Shown here piece by piece: positions 55,431 to 64,000 of a stretch of DNA of 64,000 nucleotides (its first letter is position 1; each line of letters begins with the position of its first letter). The position numbers and the translations under genes are program-made. Source of the stretch: Amphiscolops sp. MND2022 (lineage: Eukaryota). A model generated the notes under the pieces. It made no database searches and was not told the origin of the DNA. It saw only the letters and a program-made list of their open reading frames with translations. The stretch is from assembly GCA_964187785.1 (NCBI GenBank), contig OZ076413.1, forward strand, positions 43,278,001 to 43,342,000, given 5' to 3'.

Positions 55431-58400
55431 TTACGTTCGCTTGCAAAGGACAAATGTAAATTAAACAAAATTAACTTGTTAACGGCTTCTGTAGTCTACA
55501 TAGAATCGATTTTCATTTTTAGTTTATCAGATACATGGAAATCAGATGCAAGGTAACCAGGGGTGTTCAACGATTGTTTATGAGTATGAATAATTAGAAG
55601 AAAGACAAAAAATATACTCTTTTTACACTCAAATGAAAGGAAATAATTGTTGTTGGACCAATCAAAAAATTTTTCTTGGGATACCTAAACCTAAGTGCTT
55701 TTTGTTTAACATAACGTTAGACAGTTGAGTTTGTTGATTCTCAACCATTGTAAAACGCTGAACCATCGCTAAAATTTAAAAATTCGGAACTACTTTTCAG
55801 GAAAGCAAACTGTGTCATAGGAAATCACCGCCAACTATTCAGACCAATGAGTTTTGAGTGGAATACTTTTTGACGGCTAACAGAAAAGAATGGTTTCTTT
55901 ACTTTGTTCAGAGCATAGTTCAATAATTTATGTTTTTGTTGATTTTCGTTTTTCGCTGAGAATAAAAACATTTAGTTCAGGGAAAAATGACGACTTTTTT
56001 TTATTTTTCATCTTGAAAATTTCTGTTAGGTTTGTTAGGACTTATTACGATACATGAGCATTGAAAATAATGTTTGAATCGAGTTTTAGAGATCGACAGC
56101 CTTGTCTTTTACCATCCATGCCACCGATCCTTGTAACCATAGGATTTCATTACTTTAAAATCTTGAACTGCTCAACAAGAAATTGCTACAATAGAGTTAG
56201 TTTACAGTGGTGGGATTAGATTAGTGGGGTGATTAACAGGAAAGATCCCAACTTCAATTATACAATAATAACCAAACAGAGACCAATCTTCAATGTTAGC
56301 CATCAGAAAACTGGTGACTCAAAGTCGTCTGGGCTGAGGTTTTGGCCGCGGTGGGGATCTCGTTTAATATGGTTAGCAATTCTCGATTTTAAAGATTAAA
56401 GGGTTGACAATATGTTAAATTAAACGATCTTAGCTTTTGTTATATATAGGTGTTTTTTTCTAACAGGTCCAAAAAACATTATCTTTGTTCACTTGAGTGT
56501 AAAAATAAAATACTCTTTTTTGCTTATTTCAGTTTTCCAAAAAATACCTGAAAAATGAAAAAATAAGTGAGAAGTTCTTACCCAAAAAATATTCATTAAA
56601 CACGCCTGTCAACAATTTTTGAACAGGTCATCCCTAAAAATAACTGCTTCAAAAATGTATGATCTTATGAATACCGGAGTGAAATAAACTACTGAAACAA
56701 TTGTAATTAAGGACATTCAAACAGGGACTCCAAAAAATAATTTATGAGCAAAAATCGATCCCGCATGATTTTTTTGATACCGGAAAGAAGTATACATTTT
56801 CATACACAGTTCGGGGAAACAATTGGACCAGGTGTTCAATCCCCCACCCAAGCGGGCGCAGGTGGGGGAAATAAGACACAAGGTTCAAATACAATTGTTT
56901 CGACAGCGTTTGCGTTGAAAAGTTGTTCTAATAAAATTATTGCTGTCGACATAGTCCTAACCGTTACATTGACTGTCAGTTGAAAATTGCTAATTAGAAA
57001 TTACTTCGGAGAAAACTGCGCTTTTCTATACGATGATAGCGTATTCCAAGCATATTATAGTAATAATTTGACAATATAATAAAAAAAATTAGGGTAGTTT
57101 TCATGCCTGAAGTGTCAAAACCGTTGTAGAGACAACCTTCTAAGTTTTTATTTTCACAGAATGATCTCTTTTGACTGAGATATTTCCATTCAAGAACAAA
57201 ATGTGCTTTCGCCTTGGAGGGTAGTGGAATTCGCAATAAGGTGTACATGGGGGGATTTGAACACATGATCCAAATTGTTTTCAAAGTGTTTTGGAAAGTT
57301 TCCATAATTCCCATTATTTATTTTTGGTAAAGTTTCGAAAAAACCTATTGATGGGTGTACCTCTATAAAAGTCCAGGCATTCCAGCAAGTGTTGCACAAC
57401 GTTGTTTTTTTTTTAGTTTTATACTTTAGGATTTTTTAGTACTAATGAGTACTTTAATTTCTAGTTTGTCGAACGTTAACGTTCATTCAGGCTTGTCACA
57501 ATGACTCGGAGCAAAACCCTCAAATAACTCGACTTGGTACAGGCTGGAATGAGGGAGGAAATTACGCGTAAGAAATTGATCACAAAAATTTTGCTTTTTG
57601 TAGAGTTGATTTTTAGAAACAGTAACTTTGAAATTCTTAGGAACAAGTTTTTCTCGATCTTCCGTTTACTCTGTTTTGAAATAAAAATACTCTGTCAAAT
57701 GAGGCGGAAGATGAAACTATGAAAACGTATGTTATCGCCCATTTTCACCCACTGTTAAACGCTCGTCTGAATCTGTCAAAATATTGACGCACTTCCTCAG
57801 AAAAATTAATTATTGCTTTGATGTACAGGCTTTTTCTCAGGAATTACCTCATTACACGGTTCTACTTGCAAAACTGTACTTGGTCGGTTTACTCGGAAAA
57901 TGACTCAGAAATACTCGCTGAATATTGTCATGACTGCGTTCACTCAACAGATGCTTTTCCGCTTAGAAATACGTATGACGTATGCGCATGTGTGTTCAAT
58001 AGAAACGTTTCGTAGTTTTACGTTAATACATACTGGACTGAGTAAAAGAATTTCATACTACCTTCCTATTTTATATATTCTTCACAAATTCATACAAAAA
58101 GTGAATGTAGTCTGTACATCTTCTACCCAGTTTGTTTAGGAATAAAATATTAAAATTGTATAATGGAATATACTATAAAAATGTTGTAATGTATTCTTTT
58201 ATGTGATCTTAGTTTTTTTCTTAATTTTTTTTATTCTATATTTTCATACTATATATTCTTATTCAATTTTTTTTCATATACCTTTGACGAACAGTCTTGA
58301 GCAATTTATCAAATTATCACTGTCAAATTCTTATGATGGTAACAAGGAATCATCGTTTTACAATCTGTGATGAGCAATTTCTATGATAACGGTTATGAGT

Positions 58401-58899
58401 CTTCCTCAAAGCATTGTAAAAGTTTTCCGCAATGAAAAACGTTGAGAAAATGGCTATATTCAATGTTGAAAGGCTGATGACAACTGGAATAGATTGTGTA
58501 ATTGATTATGTGTGGGTTCTTGGAATAAAGGTTAGTGGAGAAAAATACTCAATTTGAGGCCTAACACTTTCAGCAACTTGTTGTGACGGTGAGAACGAAT
58601 AATCTATTGATTTCGGAAACAAATTCTCGAGTTTAGCTTGATCTGATTCAGTGGTTTTTCTGATTAAAAAAATTTTGATTCGAAATAGCGTCATTGAACG
58701 AGAATCCGTTTTCGAACTGAATTTGACGTTCTGAGTTCAGTCAATAATAATTGACGACTCAACTCGAGTTTCAATCATTTTGTATGATTCACATATATCT
58801 TTTACAATGTAAAACTCTTCACATGCTCTGAATCCTCACCTTCAACAACTCCAACACCCCCAGCATATTCTGTCATCCTCAACCCTTCAAACGACGAAC

Positions 58900-61800
58900 T
58901 TGACAATTGCATCGTCTGACCCTGCTTCCATCAACCATGTCTATTTCATTAGTTCAACACCTGATTCTTCGTCTGATACAAACTGCCATCAAGTTCAACA
59001 TGTTCTGAATCAACAACTGAACGCGCAGCAGCAACAACTTGATGATCATGATGTTTTTGATGATCATGATGATCATGATGTATCCTCTTCGAATCATTTA
59101 CAACAAGCTAGAAAATTGCGAGGAGTCATCTCGATCCTCGTTCGATCCATATGAATGTGCCTCATCGAGTTCATTCCCCTCCGCTGCTGATCACCATCAC
59201 CAGCAGTCACCCACCAACAGTCCTAACAACAATCATGTAAAAGTTTTCTAAAAATCCATATTTTCTACTCTTATCCTAACTTTCTTGAACGAAATTCACA
59301 CGTTTCTTTGTGAATTTTGTAACAAAGTCTGATCATGAGAAGAGAAGTTTTCTTTTCAGAACCAAATTGAACGAATGGTTTCTTTTACCACACTTTTGAC
59401 TCAAAATGCTAGACCCACTCACCAGACTTTTCATCTCCTCGTGGTGCCACCTCAGCAAAGCCACTACACCGTGCCTCAACAGAACCCACTTCCTGATGTC
59501 AATGGCCAAAAAATTGCATCGTTTCAACTGTCCGTAGCTTCTACCCCTGTATACGAACAAACCAAAACGATCATGTAAACCGCGCAAAACCACCTATCAG
59601 AACTATGCTTCTCACGCCATCGAAAGAAGGACCTGTTACGAGTAATTGTAACCCTATCCAACACCCAGTCCCAATGGAAACTAGTCCAATCTTTCCTCAA
59701 CATCAATTTCGCTCAGATGGTCGCATGGTCACATGGATACTCCAGATGACAAAGAGCTTAGAGCGATGATGCAAAAATGGTCAGGCAGTCGCTCTCACAT
59801 TATTTTCGTGACCATTTTTGACACAACACCTCATAAAGAAGAATGTCTCCTAATCTTCCAGTGTCTCGTAGTATTGTGGTGTAACATCAATAGCTACCCA
59901 TCACGACTTTTGAAGCGATTCTTTGAATATGATTTTGTCGGTGTCTATGATGGTCGACCACGGTAACGGTTACAAGTACGTCCGTCAGTGTATCCGATGA
60001 CAGCAAGTGCAAGTATCTGTTCTGAAATTCACCAACTTGAAAAAAAAACGTTTTGAATTCTTTATTGAAACATAATCGATCAAGTGGACAATAGTTTGAA
60101 ATTGCTCACAGTTTGAAAGTTTCCCAGTCACCAATATAGCAGACCTCAATGTCCAAGAAGTTACCAAACTTTGCTTTTAAAATTCGAAAGGAAACAAGAT
60201 TTCCAGAGTCTGTGAAAATTTCAACACTAAAATGTCTGCCCAGCCCAAAAAACCCAGACGACGACCCACCTCTGCTCCCATTGACGAATTGAGTGTTTCG
60301 ATCTCCTCCCCACAAATGCTCGCGACTGAAGAAATCATAATTCCCCACAAATGCGTTTCCACCAGAATACAACGAAAATGTTGAACCTCAACTCTCGAAA
60401 AAAACAACATTTATCATTCAATGATATGAGGCAAAAGTCACCTATCTGAAAGAGGCAGATCTTCTATTCAAATCCAAGGACATATCTACCACCATCAAAG
60501 CTCTATGTATTCGTTTTTGATATGTCGAGAGAAGCAAGTTGATGCACATTTGGGACCCGTCGAGAGCAATTTCATTTTTAGTTGCCTATTTTACGCAATT
60601 TCACATGAAAAAGTTCTTCCAAATGCCAACCATTAAAGATTCCGCCATCCGCATACCCTTAGAATGCAGTAAAACAGTCATTCAAAACACAGGAACAGAT
60701 GCCAATGCAGCTAAAACACTTGGTTAAACGATCAATAACCATTTGAGGTACAAACTCGTCAAACTCCGTCTCGAGAAAGCATTGAACCATTCTACAGGTT
60801 CAACCCACCCGTCTAAAGACGACATTGCAAATTTTTCTCTCAACCATGGTTTGCATGATGTTGCACGAATTGTTAACAAAATTTCAGCCTCTTGGAAGCC
60901 TGCATCAATAACTGAAATCAGAAGGTCAACACGTGACACACCCGTAGAAGACCTTGATGAAGCACTCCCACATAAAGGCAGCGGCATGTCATTTTTGAAA
61001 ATACACTTTGTTTGTAACATTTCAAAGGTTTCCCAATTCGTTTTTGACCAACATTGGCCCTTCATTCAAGTCCGAGAGAGAATCGCTTTCACAAACGACA
61101 CTTTTGGAACATCACAACGACTAAGGTCAACGAATAAGCTTTTCTATGTGATTATCTATGTGGTGACATAGTGTTTGACGCCACCTTTGAAACATGTGTT
61201 TGCCATCCCGGACGAAGGACCTTTCTTTTGTCGTCTACCTATTTATCGACCATCCAATCATGCCAAGTGTAACGTGAGAGCACGGAGATTGATTGCAAAG
61301 GGAAAAGAAGTAATTCTTTGGGTTGCTAAACGGCGAATCAATACACTCAAGAAATTTTGCTTTGAGTATTACGATCCAAAATGTAGAGCAGAACTTCAAC
61401 AGCTGCTCTTTCAAAGATCTGCACCCACTGTGACAACCTCCTATCCTTCGACTTCTCTGTCTGCCGCTGTGACAACCTCCCAACCATGAACCTCTGTGAC
61501 TGCCTCTCAGCCATCAACCTCTGTGACAACCTACCAAATTCAACCTCTGTGCCTGCCTTTGTGACAAACTCCCAACCATAAACCTCTGTGACTGCGTCTC
61601 AGTCTTCAACCTCTGTGACAACCTACCAAATTCAATCTCTGTGCCTGCCTTTGTGACAAGCTCCCAACCTTCGACCTCTCTGCCTGCCTTTGTGACAAAC
61701 TCCCAACCTTCGACCTCTCTGCCTGCCTTTGTGACAAACTCCCAACCTCCGACCTCTCTGCCTGCCCCTGTGACAACCTTCCAACCAGCATCCTCTGTGA

Positions 61801-62068
61801 CAACCTCTCAGCCTTCAACTTCTGTGACAATCTCCCAAAATTCGACCTCCTGTCTGCCGCTGTGAAAAACTCGCAATTTTCGATCTCTCTGCCTGCCTCT
61901 GTGACAACCTCCCAACCATTCACCTCTGTGACAACTTCTCAGCCTTCAACCTCTGTGACAACCTCACAAAATTCGACCTTTGCTCCTGCATCTGTGACTT
62001 CTTCCCATTACGATAGTTGTGCCGAATTGAACCAGCAAAATCTTGTTAGTTCGATGAATAGCCAATAA
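58900..62068 (+). pseudogene. Long decayed orphan ORF with C-terminal Thr/Ser-rich repeats
   Basis: ORFs 60539-60727, 60743-61171 and 61175-61489 share one frame separated by single stops; 59039-59251 and 59375-59578 are in the same frame; low-complexity N-terminus. Confidence 0.55.
61428..62000 (+). repeat. Coding-type minisatellite with 27- and 39-bp units (VTTSQPSTS / VTTSQPSTSLPAF)
   Basis: Recurrent TGTGACAACCTCCCAACCTTCGACCTCT; both unit lengths are multiples of 3. Confidence 0.9.
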
Positions 62069-62499
62069 CAACGCGTTATTGTTTTAAAAACTCATTACGT
62101 GTCGGGCCAACCATCGACCTCTGTGACAATCTCCCTACCCAGTTGAATCACCTACCTTGACTGAAATACCCGATAAAACAGCTAATACGCGTCACACTCC
62201 TTGACTAAAATACGGTTCGAGAATATATTACACCTGATGATTCAAAATCACATTTGCCGCTCATGTATTGTAATGCTTCCAACCGCTGCAATTTTTTCTT
62301 CAAACTCATAGAACTATGATTTTTAATACGTTTCTAAGATATTTATATGATATATAACATCCATATTACTTCGAAATATGTTTTATCTATACACCATCAT
62401 ATCAATATTTCGAAAATGACATCATGCTCTTTTTCTTATGATGTCAAAGACCTCCCTCAAACTTTGCAAACTTAATATTTGGACATTACCTTTCTACTT

Positions 62500-63542
62500 T
62501 AGTTTGCCATGTCACCAATTCAACTTCAAAAACCAAAGATCTTTTTTGACAAAGCGAAACACGTGAAGGTTTTTGGTCTTAAACGTCCTATCCCCAACGA
62601 TTATCCCTCTGGAAAAGAATGGACGTTTGAAGGCAACTGATCGACAAAAAGTCAGAACATTTCTTACCCAACATTTTGCAGGAAATCTTTACATAGCTTC
62701 AAGATATTGATTTTGATGATCGATGGTTTGTGAGCTTCTTGTTTAAGTTTTTTATTTTGAATGTCTTGAATTTATCATTGCAGGGGGTATATTGTTACAG
62801 GTATCAAGTTTAAACATTGAGGACGCGTACAAACACCATGGTATTGCAACAGGGTGTGTGCTTTTACGGGAAGACATTTTTGACATGTTTATGATATCAG
62901 CCCCTACATCCTTGTTACCTTGGATGACTGACAGAGAAACTTTTTATAGACAATTTTACTCTTCATTTCCTCATTTCCTATAACGTCAACTCAATTGTGA
63001 GCATCTTTTTTGTCTTTTTTGACAAATGATGCATCACCATTGGGGGAGTCGTCTCAGCTCCACGTTACCCGACCGACGAACCAGATCGGTTTTATTCTTT
63101 CTGGAACAAAAACATTGAGTTCATTTGCCTTCCAAGGCTAATGTCACAATGACAAATCACTCACTCCAACATGCTTCTTCAATTATGGCTCCCAAGTTGT
63201 TGCCCAACAATATTAGAATTCATGGTCACAAGATGTGAACTAACAAAATTACAAAAAGATCGTGTCGAAAACTGTAACATGTACTGGGTCCAGATACATT
63301 TGAGAATACCGGGGATTGTTGGACCTTTTGCTTCGAGTTGCTCTCAGATTCCGAAGTTCTTTAAACATTCAGCTCATTCCCGAATCATTTCTGTTATCCA
63401 AACAATAGTGTCTAGACAAAAAAATCCTCTTGTACACAACGTTTTACAAATGTTACTATCTAATCTATTTGGTATTGACAGAGAAGACATCCAATTTTTT
63501 CTTATCCAATGTCTACTTAGTTCGAGCAACCCAAAGATTTGA
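62500..63542 (+). pseudogene. Decayed orphan reading frame(s), possibly with a short intron (~62730-62783)
   Basis: Protein-like stretches MSPIQLQKPKIFFDKAKHVKVFGLKRPIPNDYP, 62792-62983 and 63171-63542; GTGAGC...TTGCAG flanks a T-rich spacer. Confidence 0.3.
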
Positions 63543-64000
63543 TATTCATACTACGTCAGTTTTCCAATAATGAAATCATCAACTTTCCGTCGAAATCTGA
63601 ACTGGATACTGTCAACTCGAGATTCCACGAGGATGTCCAATCAATACTCGATCCATCTCGAACCACTTTGTCGAAGCGAAATCCAGTCAAAATGTGTACC
63701 AGGTAAGAAAAAAATGATGAATGCTTCAGAGTGGAAAAAAGTCAAAGTTATCACCAACTTACACACTTTAATTGTTTTTCACTTTGAAAGTGAATTGCAG
63801 TCAAGTCAAAATGTGTCCCAGGTTAATGTGTAAAAAATCAATTTCCGCCTTCGTGTGTGAAGTGGAAACCAGTCAAAGTACGTAATTGCAGAGATTGTAA
63901 AGTAGTCATTTACTGTAATTTGATCACTACGCGTAACGTTAAATCACACAGTGTAACAAGCAAGACACGTAACGCGTATTTAAATTAAAAACGCGTTTTC

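Noticed and set aside
56840..56869. Hairpin TCCCCCACC...GGTGGGGGA as a terminator or element end
   Set aside because: Isolated 9-bp stem with no associated gene or matching element boundary.
61428..62000. Repeat-spacer-like pattern
   Set aside because: The variable parts are themselves repeat variants; it is a triplet-phased minisatellite, not CRISPR.

Overview
AT-rich, repeat-dense eukaryotic (invertebrate animal-like) DNA with spliceosomal introns and one 200-N scaffold gap. No rRNA, tRNA gene or CRISPR array is supported. The one convincing host gene is a spliced CAP/SCP/PR-1-superfamily gene (+ strand, at least 7 exons, 2770-21950). Its 13.7-kb fourth intron holds a Ty3/Gypsy LTR retrotransposon with both ends intact (4453-16944; ~1.67-kb LTRs, near-perfect 5-bp TSD, PBS, PPT) that is interrupted by an inverted BEL/Pao element. 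This Gypsy element is the most unusual object here. Its gag starts ~570 nt inside the LTR. Between integrase and the 3' LTR it carries an antisense ORF resembling the C-terminal half of a hAT-type transposase without the catalytic Glu motif, a ~33-bp repeat block, and an orphan sense ORF that reads through the PPT. The rest is layered TE debris: a second Gypsy, a solo LTR, a second BEL/Pao, a CR1/L2-like LINE, Helentron/HINE-type elements (one nested in another), and Merlin/hAT-, Mutator-, piggyBac- and CMC/EnSpm-type non-autonomous elements with TIRs and TSDs. The last ~11 kb holds closely spaced, decayed orphan reading frames, including one with a Thr/Ser-rich coding minisatellite. All homology calls come from motif recognition by eye, not database searches.
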